Counted from the stretch's first letter, positions 1-10,973 are shown. The stretch is 64,000 bases of DNA from Rhodospirillaceae bacterium (GCA_038146885.1 JAYQSM010000005.1:171949-235948); one strand, 5' to 3'. Numbers and translations: made by a program. The notes: generated by a model not told the origin, from the sequence alone.

Positions 1-210
1 AAAGGCCATACCTACGCAGCGGCATGCCTCTTCACGCACAAGTGTTACCACCCTGCCTGGATGTCCGGGAACACCCCTGTGGTCAGTTGACCCCTGCCAG
101 AAAACTCGTTTCCAACCAGAGAGAGTTGCAATTTGCTTCTTGATGAAGCGAAAATCCGGGCGCCAAATGAGAGAGCCATAGGCAAAAAGCCATTTGCCCT
201 CTTCGCTCAT
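1..210 (-). CDS. ChaC-like gamma-glutamylcyclotransferase; only the N-terminal part lies in the window and the gene runs off the left edge
   Basis: The reverse-strand translation from the ATG at about 210 gives MSEEGKWLFAYGSLIWRPDFRFIKKQIATLSGWKRVFWQGSTDHRGVPGHPGRVVTLV, which matches the ChaC N-terminal YGSL...STDHRG...PGRV pattern. The gene lies directly downstream of the 218..1231 gene on the same strand. Confidence 0.5.
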   Translation of the reverse strand, partial: MSEEGKWLFAYGSLIWRPDFRFIKKQIATLSGWKRVFWQGSTDHRGVPGHPGRVVTLVREEACRCVGMAF

Positions 211-217
211 AAGGCTT

Positions 218-1231
218 TCAGCAAGTCCTCGGCGGCCAAAAAACACCCTCCTTTACTATAACAAGAGAGGTGCCCTCTGAATCAGTAGCGTCGACCTGCA
301 AAATACCATTAGGAGCAACATTGCACAGGACCCCTCTGTTACAAAAATAGGAAGCGGAAAGAGTTGGATCCGGGCTCTCCAATACTACAGCCGCCATATA
401 GGGCAACTTCGGCAGGGAAGTTCCCGGCAACAAATCAAGGCACCTGGACTGACCCATTATGGCAATCCGTCCCCGATCCAGTTCTATTGTAAAATAGTCT
501 TTATCGCCAACGGCTGCCTTACCTGTAAAACGCGAAAACCTCGACGCCGTCTCACCTGGATTTTCAACAGCCAGTAAAACCGCTGCTAACGCAGAAACTC
601 CATTCTCTCGAGCTAACAAATTTTCTTCCCAAACTAGATCAGGAGTTTCCTGGCGTAACATCTGGATTCTCCCTTCTATCATAAGTAGTGGAGGAACACG
701 GAGAACTGTAAAGGCTACCTCTCCCTGCTCTTTACCGTCCGCCACGAGAGGACGACGCAAATAAACTGGATCCTGAGGACTAAAACCCATATTCTCCAGG
801 CGTTCATATTCCGCTTCCGGATCCGCGATAGAAAATGCAATAAGATGGACACCCTTGTATCTGTCGAGGGCTGTATCCAGTTGACGTACTAGAGGTGTAT
901 CAATTCCTTCTACCGCGCTTAATATTTCTAAGTAACCACGGCGGAGCATTGCACAGCGATTCCCTGTACCAGCCGGAACAGGAGGCCCCCCGCCTGGATC
1001 AGCATTATTCTGAGCTACAAAAGGCGTAAGGCTGAAACCTAGCCTCTCAAAGGCCCGGCCTGCACCATTCATATCTGGAACAAACCAGGCAACATGATCA
1101 AGAAATATCTGCCCTTTTTGGGGTGTTTGAGGATAGTCTACACAAGGCTTTCGGCTCATCCCAATGGATATATAGAGAACTGTTGTGGATGTCACCTTAG
1201 TTCGGCTGGTCAGGTTCAGCCATTTGATCAA
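218..1231 (-). CDS. VOC/glyoxalase-fold protein of uncertain function, with two repeated modules
   Basis: A 337-aa ORF containing LDHVAWFVPDM..AFERLGF and a second HLIAFSIADPEAEYERLENMGF module typical of vicinal-oxygen-chelate enzymes. The true start is probably the internal Met near 1159. Confidence 0.4.
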   Translation of the reverse strand: MIKWLNLTSRTKVTSTTVLYISIGMSRKPCVDYPQTPQKGQIFLDHVAWFVPDMNGAGRAFERLGFSLTPFVAQNNADPGGGPPVPAGTGNRCAMLRRGYLEILSAVEGIDTPLVRQLDTALDRYKGVHLIAFSIADPEAEYERLENMGFSPQDPVYLRRPLVADGKEQGEVAFTVLRVPPLLMIEGRIQMLRQETPDLVWEENLLARENGVSALAAVLLAVENPGETASRFSRFTGKAAVGDKDYFTIELDRGRIAIMGQSRCLDLLPGTSLPKLPYMAAVVLESPDPTLSASYFCNRGVLCNVAPNGILQVDATDSEGTSLVIVKEGVFWPPRTC

Positions 1232-1470
1232 CTAATCTCGTGAGATCCTCCAATCCGATCTATAAAATAGGTTTAGACCTAAAAGGGCACAAACGTCTAA
1301 TTTGCTATTTCTCCTCTTATTCAATAGCACCTTATTCTGGATCCAGGATCTGCCAAGATGATAACCTTGGTTTTGAGTTAAATCCAAAGATGAAGTAAGA
1401 GGTATTAATTGCAGAATAAATCCTGGGTGTTTGAAACAGTGGGCAGAACAGAAGACGAAAGTAACAGAAA

Positions 1471-2421
1471 ATGAAAACGTTAAGAATATTAGTTACTGGC
1501 GGCGCGGGATTTTTGGGCTCCCATTTATGTGAACGTCTAGTCGAACAAGGAATGGATGTAATTTGTGCCGATAATTTTTATACTGGTACCAAAAGCAACA
1601 TCGCAAATCTCACGGGACGGCCCAATTTCGAGATCATACGACATGATATTACCTTTCCTTTATACCTTGAGGTTGACCAAATTTATAATTTGGCTTGTCC
1701 AGCCTCGCCTATTCATTACCAATTTGACCCTGTTCAAACCACCAAAACAAGCGTCCACGGAGCCATCAACATGCTTGGTTTGGCCAAAAGGGTAAAGGCG
1801 AGAATATTACAAGCCAGCACCAGTGAGGTTTACGGAGACCCAGAGATCCATCCGCAAACTGAAGATTATTGGGGTCACGTTAACCCGATCGGTATACGAA
1901 GCTGTTATGATGAAGGCAAAAGATGTGCCGAGACACTTTTTTTCGATTATCATCGCCAGCATAAATTAGAAATAAAGGTTATTAGAATTTTCAACACATA
2001 TGGGCCTCGAATGCATCCCAATGACGGCCGTGTCGTGAGTAACTTCATCGTTCAGGCATTAAAAAATGAGGATATCACTATATACGGGGATGGCTCCCAA
2101 ACACGAAGTTTTTGTTTTGTGGACGACCTAATCGATGGAATGATTGAGATGATGAGAACACCGGATGAATTCACAGGTCCGATAAACTTGGGAAATCCAG
2201 TAGAATTCCAAATCGGTGAGCTCGCGAGAAAGATATTAACATTGACAGGATCAAGAAGCCGATTGGTGTTTAGGCCCCTTCCCGAAGATGATCCCAAACA
2301 ACGCAAGCCAGATATTTCACTGGCAAAAAAACAGCTTTCTTGGTCTCCAAAAATTTCATTGGATGATGGTCTTATTAGAACAATCGACTACTTCAAACAA
2401 CAACCTCTTGATAACGTCTAA
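1471..2421 (+). CDS. UDP-glucuronate decarboxylase (UXS/ArnA-C-like short-chain dehydrogenase/reductase)
   Basis: A 316-aa protein beginning [18 protein letters not shown], with the YDEGKR catalytic motif. It shows the UXS hallmark [19 protein letters not shown] and [15 protein letters not shown]. Confidence 0.85.
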   Translation: MKTLRILVTGGAGFLGSHLCERLVEQGMDVICADNFYTGTKSNIANLTGRPNFEIIRHDITFPLYLEVDQIYNLACPASPIHYQFDPVQTTKTSVHGAINMLGLAKRVKARILQASTSEVYGDPEIHPQTEDYWGHVNPIGIRSCYDEGKRCAETLFFDYHRQHKLEIKVIRIFNTYGPRMHPNDGRVVSNFIVQALKNEDITIYGDGSQTRSFCFVDDLIDGMIEMMRTPDEFTGPINLGNPVEFQIGELARKILTLTGSRSRLVFRPLPEDDPKQRKPDISLAKKQLSWSPKISLDDGLIRTIDYFKQQPLDNV

Positions 2422-2940
2422 TGCGAGATTTATCCCCAAACGCTTAAACCAAGACCATCCAAAAGCGGTTTAAATATGTCGATACCACCCCTTATGCCCA
2501 AACTTTGAATTAGAAATACCTATGGCCTCTTGGAAACGCTGAGGCCAAATCGGTCTTTGTAGGTTGACACCCAAGTCGATAATTTAATTGAGAATCGGAT
2601 ACTTCTTTCCAAATTTTTTATCGATAAAACAAATTAGAAACGACGATCAGAAAATTTGCTGAACCCATTACTTCCGAAAGATGAAACAGGCGTCCCGCCC
2701 TAACTACACGGTGCAGATTTCAGATGACTGCCTGTAGGCCCTATCGAATTAAGAATGAATGGCTCCGACCGATTAGTGCCTATTTTTTGAGATTAAAGGC
2801 CCAGGAACATCATTCATGAACTCATTCCATTTATCAGATTTGTTCAAACAACCGCTAAAATTCTCGAACCCGGAAATCGAAGCACGTTGGCCGATTGGGG
2901 ATACCGCGAGGATACATGCGATCAAAACGAAATAGTTCGC

Positions 2941-3900
2941 CTAGGCCCAGACATCATCCCATGAGCCTTGAGTAGCCGCCTTGGAGTATTCAGTAGCTCG
3001 ATTTTCGAAAAAATTGGTATGTTCTACCCCGTTGAGAATCTCGTCCAACCAAGGTAATGGATTAGCTTCTATTCGAAATATCGGCTGCAACCCTAGCTGC
3101 ACTAAACGTCGATCAGCAATATAACGGATATATTGTTTGACCTCAGGAGCGTTTAAACCCTCCACTCCCCCTAGTTCAAAAGCCAGACTTATAAAAGCAT
3201 CCTCATGCTCGACAACGGTAGAACACGCGACATAAATTTCCCTTTGCAATTCCTCAGTCCAAATTTCAGGATTTTCTGAAACAAAGGTCCTGAAAAGTTT
3301 TATAATTGACTCCGTGTGAAGAGATTCATCACGCACAGACCACGAAACGATTTGTCCCATTCCCTTCATCTTATTAAAACGTGGGAAATTTAGGAGGATT
3401 GCAAAAGAGGCAAAAAGTTGGAGACCCTCTGTAAACCCCCCGAAAACCGCGAGTGTCTTTGCTATATCCTCTTTGCTATCAATATTGAAACCCTGCATGT
3501 AATCATATTTTGCTTTCATCTCCTTATAATGCAGAAAGGCCTCATATTCGGTTTCCGGCATACCAATTGTGTCCAACAAATATGAATATGCCGCTATATG
3601 AACTGTTTCGATATTTGAGAAAGCAGCCAGCATCATCTGCACCTCTGTCGGTTTAAAGACTTTGGTATAATGCTTCATATAACAATTATTAACCTCGATA
3701 TCCGCCTGCGTAAAAAAGCGGAATATTTGTGTCAATGTATGCCGCTCTTGCTTTGAAAGTTTGTGATGCCAATCTTTTACATCGTCAGCTAAAGGCACCT
3801 CCTCCGGGATCCAATGAACACGCTGCTGAGTAAGCCAAGCATCATAACACCAAGGATACCTGAAGGGCTTGTACACAACATTTTCATCAAGAAGCGACAT
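2941..3900 (-). CDS. nrdB: Ribonucleotide reductase class I beta subunit (R2), eukaryote-like
   Basis: A 319-aa protein with the iron-ligand and radical-site pattern ...SNIETVHIAAYSYLLDTI (E-x-x-H-x-x-x-Y) and an FFTQADIEVNN helix. It is adjacent to nrdA on the same strand. Confidence 0.85.
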   Translation of the reverse strand: MSLLDENVVYKPFRYPWCYDAWLTQQRVHWIPEEVPLADDVKDWHHKLSKQERHTLTQIFRFFTQADIEVNNCYMKHYTKVFKPTEVQMMLAAFSNIETVHIAAYSYLLDTIGMPETEYEAFLHYKEMKAKYDYMQGFNIDSKEDIAKTLAVFGGFTEGLQLFASFAILLNFPRFNKMKGMGQIVSWSVRDESLHTESIIKLFRTFVSENPEIWTEELQREIYVACSTVVEHEDAFISLAFELGGVEGLNAPEVKQYIRYIADRRLVQLGLQPIFRIEANPLPWLDEILNGVEHTNFFENRATEYSKAATQGSWDDVWA

Positions 3901-3970
3901 TCTTATCTCCGTTTTGGAACCACCCAGAGAGAGGCAACAACTGCCCCAGCCTTAATCTACTCACGCGGAC

Positions 3971-5905
3971 TTACTGACAAGCAAGGCATTCCTCATAGTC
4001 GTTATCATTTTCATCAGGTTTTCGCTCGGCCGCCGACGAAAATGGAATTTCTATTCCATCTGGTGAGGGAATAGGAAGCGCGCCCTTCGCGGCCAAGCCA
4101 ACACCCGAGTGCGTCTCTACCTTTTGGGAAACAGCCTCAGCTCGCTGTATTGACTTCGATCTGCAGTAGTAAAGAGATTTCAATCCCTTTTTCCACGCAC
4201 TCCAATGGATATCATGCAAAACCTTTTTATGAACATCAGATGGCAGGAAAACATTGATCGATTGCGACTGACAAATAAACTCAGAGCGATCCCCCGCTAA
4301 CTCCACAACCCATCTCTGATCTAGTTCAAAGGCTGTTTTGAATACATCCTTTTCTTCTTCTGAGAGAAAATCTAAGTGCTGAACTGATCCTTCATTTGTC
4401 GTTATGGACGACCAAGTCTCGGGAGTATCTTGATCTCTGTCTCTTAGAAGCTCTTTTAGATAACGATTTCTAACTGTAAAGCTACCGGACAAGGTTTTAT
4501 GAGTATAAGAATTTGCAGCGATCGGCTCTATTCCGGCGCTAGCGCCGCCACAAATTATCGAGATAGAGGCCGTAGGCGCTATAGCCATTTTGTGAGAAAA
4601 GCGTTCCAGGATATTGTACTCTGCGGCGTCAGGGCAAGCTCCGCGCTCCTCGGCGAGTTTCCGAGAGGCCACATCCGCTTGCTCCCTAATTTGTTTAAAA
4701 ATCTTTTTGTTCCAGACTTTAGCCATTACGGACTCAAATGGAATCATTTTTTGCTGGAAATATGAATGAAGACCCATCACGCCCAAACCTACAGAGCGTT
4801 CACGCATAGCCGAGTAGCGAGCCCGAGCCATGTCATCAGGTGCATTATCGATGAAATCCTGAAGCACGTTATCTAAAAATCTCATAATATCTTCGACAAT
4901 TAACGGGTTTTCATGCCACTCATCCCAAGTTTCAAGATTTAATGAGGACAGGCAACATACCGCGGTCCTTTGCTCACCGTGCTGATCAATACCGGTCGGC
5001 AGCGTAATCTCGCTACATAAATTGGACATCTTGACTTCTAGACCGGCCAGCTTGTGATGCTCGGGTCGAACTTTGTTTACGTGATCAATGTAGATAAAAT
5101 AAGGCTCTCCCGTTTCTACGCGACAGGTCAATAAGCGAATCCAAAGTGAGCGCGCGGATAGTTTGCGCTGTACAGTACCATCTTTAGGACTTCGAAGGGC
5201 AAAATCCTCACCGTTTTCTACCGCTCGCATGAATTCATCGGTGAGGAGAATACCATGGTGCAAATTGAGCGCCTTACGGTTCGGATCGCCTCCAGTGGGC
5301 CGCCTTAACTCTATGAATTCTTCGATTTCAGGGTGATCAATGGGTAGATATATCGCTGCGGAACCGCGCCTTAGACTTCCCTGAGAAATAGCCAAAGTTA
5401 ACGAGTCCATGACCCTTATGAAGGGAATTATTCCAGAGGTTTTACCGTTAGCACCAACCCTTTCCCCAATCGATCTAAGATTGCCCCAATAACTACCGAT
5501 TCCACCCCCCTTAGCGGCTAACCAGACATTTTCATTCCAAAGACCAACGATCCCTTCAAGACTATCTGATGCCTCGTTCAAAAAACAAGAAATCGGCAGC
5601 CCACGCTTGGTGCCGCCATTGGACAAAACTGGGGTAGCAGGCATAAACCAAAGATTACTGATGTAATCGTAGAGGCGCTGCGCGTGTTCCGAGTCATCCG
5701 CATAATATCCAGCCACCCGTGCAAACATTCTTTGATAGGTTTCATCTGGTAGCAAATATCGATCAGAGAGCGTTTCTTTTCCAAATTCAGTAAGCTTTTC
5801 ATCTTTGGAGTCATCGATCCGAATACGAATACCTCGCTCGTTCTGAAATTCGGAAGAATGATTCAATGCGTCAAGCTCTAGTTTCGCGTCCACGCTATCA
5901 AACAA
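3971..5905 (-). CDS. nrdA: Ribonucleotide reductase class I alpha subunit (R1) with no N-terminal ATP-cone
   Basis: A 644-aa protein with PATPVLSNGG, the LNLHHGILLTD hallmark, active-site NLCSEI and CxxC near the C-terminus. It starts at TTG, preceded by a perfect TAAGGAGG Shine-Dalgarno sequence eight bases upstream. There is no room upstream for an ATP-cone. Confidence 0.85.
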   Translation of the reverse strand: MFDSVDAKLELDALNHSSEFQNERGIRIRIDDSKDEKLTEFGKETLSDRYLLPDETYQRMFARVAGYYADDSEHAQRLYDYISNLWFMPATPVLSNGGTKRGLPISCFLNEASDSLEGIVGLWNENVWLAAKGGGIGSYWGNLRSIGERVGANGKTSGIIPFIRVMDSLTLAISQGSLRRGSAAIYLPIDHPEIEEFIELRRPTGGDPNRKALNLHHGILLTDEFMRAVENGEDFALRSPKDGTVQRKLSARSLWIRLLTCRVETGEPYFIYIDHVNKVRPEHHKLAGLEVKMSNLCSEITLPTGIDQHGEQRTAVCCLSSLNLETWDEWHENPLIVEDIMRFLDNVLQDFIDNAPDDMARARYSAMRERSVGLGVMGLHSYFQQKMIPFESVMAKVWNKKIFKQIREQADVASRKLAEERGACPDAAEYNILERFSHKMAIAPTASISIICGGASAGIEPIAANSYTHKTLSGSFTVRNRYLKELLRDRDQDTPETWSSITTNEGSVQHLDFLSEEEKDVFKTAFELDQRWVVELAGDRSEFICQSQSINVFLPSDVHKKVLHDIHWSAWKKGLKSLYYCRSKSIQRAEAVSQKVETHSGVGLAAKGALPIPSPDGIEIPFSSAAERKPDENDNDYEECLACQ

Positions 5906-6326
5906 ACCTGATGCCTCCTTACTTATATCACTTACAATTTCGGGGCAGAGAATTAGCCAAATCTTTGTAAGTCATTGTTATTTGTTCTAATTTTGTTTCT
6001 TGTTACAACCGGAAGTCTGATCTGACCGTAATGCCATCCAGAATCGGCAGTATGCATGATAAGGTTTTTACACGTCAACAAGAATTAGTGGCTGCTGCCC
6101 ATAAAAATACAACATTTGGTGGAAAATCGCGTGGATGGAAAGTGGATAGTTTTTGTGATTACCCCCAAACAGATCTACACAATACAGCAAGGCCCTACCA
6201 CATACCGAAAGACCTCGGAAACCAAAAACTCAGAAAAATAAACCCTTTACGGCCGCATTGTCTCGAAAAAGTGATCCATCACTAAAGCGATATGTATTTT
6301 AACTTTCCCGAGCACTGAGCCTACAG

Positions 6327-8216
6327 TTACTTAGCCCGGGTAAAACCGATAGCTGGGTCCATCAACAGGTCCATTAAACTCTTCTTATCCGAATTTCTCA
6401 CAGCCCTCTCCAGACCTTGAATCAATATTTTCAAGTCTTTGTGCGCAATACCCAATTCACGAATTAATTGGATTTTAGGGTGGTCCGATGGGTCGGCAGA
6501 GCCGTCTATTAATAGCTCTTCCTTGAGCTTCTCCCCAGGGCGAAGACCTGTAAACCTAATTTCTATATCACCATTGGGTCTCTCATCTGTCTTCAACGAC
6601 AATCCACTGAGAGATATCATTAATTTTGCCAGTTCGGCGATTAGGATGCTTTGGCCCATATCTAATAAAAAAACTTCTCCACCCTTTGCCATAGAGCCCG
6701 CCTGTATCACCAAAGAGCTAGCTTCAGCCACTGACATAAAGAAACGGCTTACATTGGGATCCGTTACTGTGATAGGACCACCATATTCAATCTGCTTTTT
6801 GAATAGTGGGACAACAGATCCCGAAGAACCCAGAACATTACCAAACCGTACCATAGTGAAAATTGTCATTTGGTTTTCTTGAATCGCAAGATCTTGTATT
6901 ATTAACTCCGCAACTCTTTTACTTGCCCCCATAACATTCGTAGGGCGTACGGCTTTATCAGAGGATATCAAGATGAACCTATCCACCCCATTATTCATGG
7001 CTGCAGTTGCAGTAACTTGGGTCCCGAATAAATTGTTGTGCAGACCTTCGATGGGATTTGCCTCGACCAGTGGCACGTGTTTATAAGCGGCGGCGTGATA
7101 AACAGTCTCTACTTGGTACAATTTAAAGGTTCGATCCACCAGTTCTTGATTTGTCACAGACCCTAGTACGGGTACTATATCGCAGTCGATTCCCTCCTGA
7201 AGACGCAATTCATTCAGAATTTGATCTATCGTATAAAGGGCGTATTCCGAAATTTCAAAAATCACCAGCCTCCTGGCTCCAGCCAACAAGCACTGTCGTG
7301 ATATCTCAGATCCAATTGAGCCGCCGGCCCCGGTAACACAAATCGATTTTTTAAAAATACTTCGAGAAATCAGATCAGGATTTGGGGGAACAGGGTCCCT
7401 CCCCAAAAGATCATTGAGCTCAATGTCTTTCAGGGATTCGATCCTTGCGCCTCGGACGATTTCTGACATCGTTGGCACTGTTTTAACTTTTACGGGCAAG
7501 TCCTCAAAGATTTCAATTATATCTCGCCTTTGACTTCTGCTCGCCGAGGGTATGGCGAGTAAAATGGTTCGTATATTATGTCTCTCAACGAGGATTCTAA
7601 TTTGATCTCTTGGAAAAATTTTTGATCCGAAAACCGTGGCCCCTTGCAGCATCGGATCATCATCGATGAAACCTTTTACAGCGATATTGCTCCCATGACC
7701 GAGCGAATAGACAAGCTCAGTCCCGGCCGAGCCAGCCCCAAAAATCAAAACATTTTCCTTAAGGGTATCCTTCGATATCAGCCAGTCTAAAAAGTGTTTC
7801 GCTGTTAACCGAGAAGAGGTGATGTAAGCCCAAAAGGACAAACCGAAGATAATCGGAACTGACCTCGGGATTTTTAAATCTAGGAAATACATGAGTCCGT
7901 AGATTGCCAACGCGGCTAAACCCGATGCCAATGCAGACAATTTCAGGAAACCAAGTCCTACAGCCCGAGTGATTACTCGATACAGTCCCAGTTTTGCAAA
8001 AATTGGGATCGCTAATAGAGGCAAAATAACAAAAATATAGGAACCGTTCACAAGCCAAAAGGCGGGCCACCAGTCTGACAACCTCATCGCGTAGGCCGCC
8101 CAAAGAACGATCGGTACTGCTATTACGTCGCAGCCCTGAGCTATAAGGCGCTTTTTTTTACGGGACAAAATCATCACCAATGACCTTAAGGAACCGGCAG
8201 TCAACCAAGTTTTCAT
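6327..8216 (-). CDS. Membrane-bound UDP-GlcNAc 4,6-dehydratase (PglF/WbpM/CapD family polysaccharide biosynthesis protein)
   Basis: A 629-aa protein with N-terminal transmembrane helices followed by two Rossmann motifs (GAGSAG and VTGAGGSIGSE). It carries the CapD signature ISSDKAVRPTNVMGASKR and FGNVLGSSGSVVPLF. Confidence 0.8.
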   Translation of the reverse strand: MKTWLTAGSLRSLVMILSRKKKRLIAQGCDVIAVPIVLWAAYAMRLSDWWPAFWLVNGSYIFVILPLLAIPIFAKLGLYRVITRAVGLGFLKLSALASGLAALAIYGLMYFLDLKIPRSVPIIFGLSFWAYITSSRLTAKHFLDWLISKDTLKENVLIFGAGSAGTELVYSLGHGSNIAVKGFIDDDPMLQGATVFGSKIFPRDQIRILVERHNIRTILLAIPSASRSQRRDIIEIFEDLPVKVKTVPTMSEIVRGARIESLKDIELNDLLGRDPVPPNPDLISRSIFKKSICVTGAGGSIGSEISRQCLLAGARRLVIFEISEYALYTIDQILNELRLQEGIDCDIVPVLGSVTNQELVDRTFKLYQVETVYHAAAYKHVPLVEANPIEGLHNNLFGTQVTATAAMNNGVDRFILISSDKAVRPTNVMGASKRVAELIIQDLAIQENQMTIFTMVRFGNVLGSSGSVVPLFKKQIEYGGPITVTDPNVSRFFMSVAEASSLVIQAGSMAKGGEVFLLDMGQSILIAELAKLMISLSGLSLKTDERPNGDIEIRFTGLRPGEKLKEELLIDGSADPSDHPKIQLIRELGIAHKDLKILIQGLERAVRNSDKKSLMDLLMDPAIGFTRAK

Positions 8217-8454
8217 AGCCTTGTATTCCTCTCAGGGCCTATTAACGCATCTTTGCAAAGCAAAAATTGCTGATGAATTATTTGGGTCCGAACATCAGTA
8301 GGCACCTTATGCGTTTTCTTTACCGTCAATAAGGTCACTACAAATCGGAATTTTAAAAAGCGGATTATAAATTTGCGCACGTCCACTCTCATTTCCGGCG
8401 GTTTGCCGCTACTCTTTCAATCACTAACCCTTCCCTGAATTGGCTTTCTGAACC

Positions 8455-9117
8455 TCACCGCCTGACTCGATCACCCAGCCCTTTTCCGAGGAGAGTCAGG
8501 AAAATCATCTGAAAATAAGTCCCTAAATTTAATTTGGAAATCATTTCGGCATCAACTTCCGCAAGCAAGACCGGATTTGACATATCAACTTTATTTATTT
8601 GAGCAAGCCCGGTAATTCCAGGGCGCACGCAAAAAACGCCTTTCTGTCGGCGAACTTGGCTCAACTCCTCATGCTCCGCTAACCCCGGCCGTGGCCCAAC
8701 AAGGCTCATGTCGCCCTTGAGGACATTCCATAATTGCGGGATCTCATCCAACTTAGTTTTTCGTAAAAAAGATCCTAACGAAGTTATCATTTCTGGATCC
8801 ACCATGTGTGTGGGCAATGACAAAGTTTCTGGGCGCATCGTCCGAAATTTAATCAAGGAAAAAGGTTTCTCAAAACGTCCGATCCGTTCTTGAAAAAAAA
8901 GGGGAGCACCGCTGGAAAATAATATTATCGCGGAAATCAGTATAAAAATCGGCGTGAGCAGCGCTAACCCAAGAAACGAAAAAATGATATCAAGAAAACG
9001 AATCATTTCATTTGCCAATCTTAGGATTCTTTTACAGTCTCGTACCACATCTGAAACATCAATAGTCCCCACAACTGATGATCCCAGTTCTTCTCTCCTG
9101 AAATATGTTGTGCCCAA
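8455..9117 (-). CDS. Small undecaprenyl-phosphate sugar phosphotransferase (bacterial sugar transferase; PglC/WbpL/WbaP C-domain type)
   Basis: It contains FFQERIGRFEKPFSLIKFRTM...SLVGPRP...DEIPQLWNVLKGDMSLVGPRP-like motifs. The listed ORF overlaps the upstream amidotransferase, so the likely real start is the internal Met (MIRFLDIIF...) near 9003. Confidence 0.75.
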   Translation of the reverse strand: MGTTYFRREELGSSVVGTIDVSDVVRDCKRILRLANEMIRFLDIIFSFLGLALLTPIFILISAIILFSSGAPLFFQERIGRFEKPFSLIKFRTMRPETLSLPTHMVDPEMITSLGSFLRKTKLDEIPQLWNVLKGDMSLVGPRPGLAEHEELSQVRRQKGVFCVRPGITGLAQINKVDMSNPVLLAEVDAEMISKLNLGTYFQMIFLTLLGKGLGDRVRR

Positions 9118-10973
9118 ACCTCGGAAACCTTTTCTGCTCTAAAAAACCCGTCTATTTTTATTCTATTTTCAGAAAGGTGAGTTTCGGCCCATTCTCTCAA
9201 TGGCCCTTTCAACCAGGAACCAATCGGAACTCCGAAACCCATTTTCGGCCTATCAATGATTTCCGTTGGTAAGTATTTTTTCAAAACTTGCCGCAATATC
9301 CACTTCCCTTGTCCATGGTTCATTTTCATCCGTTGGGGCAGTCTCCATGCTAATTCGACCACCTTATGGTTTAAAAATGGAGCCCGTGTCTCGAGGGATA
9401 CTGCCATACTAGCGCGATCGACCTTCGTTAAAATGTCGTCCGGCAAATACCTGAGAGCGTCAAAAAGCATCAGTTTCTCAACAAGAGTAAGTTCGCTAGG
9501 AATACTGGGGAGATGGAAACTGTCCTGAAACTCGCTACGCATGATGTGCTCAGGTTGATCCCAATTATTGACAAAGCCGGTATAAAGATCATTGAAATTC
9601 CCTGCCGAGATAACCCTACTTAATTTATGGAATTTACTACCCACGTTGCTAAGGCCATCAAATATCGGGATTTTCCGACACCAAAGGTCATATTTATCCT
9701 GGGAAATGGCCTCCAAGCGCTTCGCAATAAAAACGCGAATTCCAGATGGAAGCCAATTTATAGTTTGCCATAGTCTGGTTGCTGTATATCGATTATAACC
9801 GCAGAAAACTTCATCTCCTCCGTCTCCAGTCAATGCCACCGAGACCTGCCGCTTTGCCAACTTTGAAACTAAGTATGACGGGATCTGTGAGGAATCTGAG
9901 AAAGGTTCGTCATAGACCGCAGGCAAATCCGGTATGATGTCGCGAGTCTCTTTTGGGCTAACATACAATTCATGATGGTCTGTACCCAAATGTTCTGCTA
10001 CGGCACGCGCTTTGGGTGCCTCATCGTAGGACGGCTCAGAGAACCCGATAGTGAAGGTTTTAATCGGTTTGGTCGATTGCTCTTGCATCAAAGCAGTAAT
10101 GGTAGAGGAGTCGATCCCACCGGACAGGAGAGCACCCAGAGGGACATCAGAAATCATTTGCTGGCAAACGGCTTGCCTCAACATATCCTCAAGTCGTTCA
10201 ACAGCATCCAAAGTTTTGTGTGCCCAACGATTAGAGACACCCTCAGAAACTGACTGAGTAAGCGACCAAAATGGCTTTGATTCTGGTAGATTTTTTTCAG
10301 AAAAATCTTTGGGACCCAGCTGAATGAAATGACCGGGCTCAAGTTTTTTTATGCCCTTATAAATTGACGCAGGCGCCGGTATATAATTGTAACGCAGGAA
10401 AGCTGAAACTGCTCTATTGCTTATAGCCCCTCTAAAGCTAGGGTGTCTCCGAAGTGCCTTAAGTTCGGATCCGAAAAGAAAACTCGATTTACCCGTCGAC
10501 GTTTGCCAACCATAATATAATGGCTTCTCCCCCAATCGATCTCGAGACAAGGTCAAGATCTTTTCTTTACGATCCCAAAGCGCGAATGCAAACATACCAA
10601 CCACTTCCCGGAGCGTTTTCTCAACTCCCCATGTCTCAAAGCCCGCCAAAAGAGACTCTGTGTCCGAGCTCCCTCTCCAACAAGGCCCTCCGCGTTGTTG
10701 ATTTAAAAGAGACCTAATTGCGGCATGATTATAGATTTCGCCATTAAAACTTAAAACGTATCTCTCCCCTGTCGAGTGCATGGGCTGATTTCCCGCTTCT
10801 GAAACATCAAGGATCGATAACCTCCGATGGCCCAGTCCAAACCCAAAGTCTCTATCAGACCAAATTTGACCGCAATCTGGCCCACGATGGAAAAGCGTTT
10901 CCGACATATTGGCCAGAATTCGATCAAAAGAACGCTTATAGTCTTGAGAATAAAATCCTGATATGCCGCACAT
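9021..10973 (-). CDS. asnB: Asparagine synthase (glutamine-hydrolysing) family amidotransferase; WbpS-like, probably amidating a uronic acid sugar
   Basis: A 650-aa protein with the N-terminal MCGI Ntn-glutaminase start, HRGPD and the SGGIDSS PP-loop. It sits inside a polysaccharide operon next to a UDP-sugar dehydrogenase. Confidence 0.8.
   Translation of the reverse strand: MCGISGFYSQDYKRSFDRILANMSETLFHRGPDCGQIWSDRDFGFGLGHRRLSILDVSEAGNQPMHSTGERYVLSFNGEIYNHAAIRSLLNQQRGGPCWRGSSDTESLLAGFETWGVEKTLREVVGMFAFALWDRKEKILTLSRDRLGEKPLYYGWQTSTGKSSFLFGSELKALRRHPSFRGAISNRAVSAFLRYNYIPAPASIYKGIKKLEPGHFIQLGPKDFSEKNLPESKPFWSLTQSVSEGVSNRWAHKTLDAVERLEDMLRQAVCQQMISDVPLGALLSGGIDSSTITALMQEQSTKPIKTFTIGFSEPSYDEAPKARAVAEHLGTDHHELYVSPKETRDIIPDLPAVYDEPFSDSSQIPSYLVSKLAKRQVSVALTGDGGDEVFCGYNRYTATRLWQTINWLPSGIRVFIAKRLEAISQDKYDLWCRKIPIFDGLSNVGSKFHKLSRVISAGNFNDLYTGFVNNWDQPEHIMRSEFQDSFHLPSIPSELTLVEKLMLFDALRYLPDDILTKVDRASMAVSLETRAPFLNHKVVELAWRLPQRMKMNHGQGKWILRQVLKKYLPTEIIDRPKMGFGVPIGSWLKGPLREWAETHLSENRIKIDGFFRAEKVSEVWAQHISGEKNWDHQLWGLLMFQMWYETVKES

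Noticed and set aside
1565-2473. Small ORFs inside or overlapping the UDP-glucuronate decarboxylase gene (1565..1795 +, 2052..2306 -, 2288..2473 +).
   Set aside because: These are alternative-frame or antisense ORFs within a well-supported conserved gene, with no independent signals.
5906-6330. A possible NrdR box upstream of nrdA.
   Set aside because: No convincing copy of the palindromic NrdR consensus is visible. NrdA also lacks an ATP-cone, so NrdR-type regulation is not particularly expected. The point is left unresolved.
6439-8103. Antisense and alternative-frame ORFs within the CapD-like gene (6439..6882 +, 7151..7336 +, 7759..8103 -).
   Set aside because: They are embedded in a continuous 629-aa conserved CDS and are spurious.
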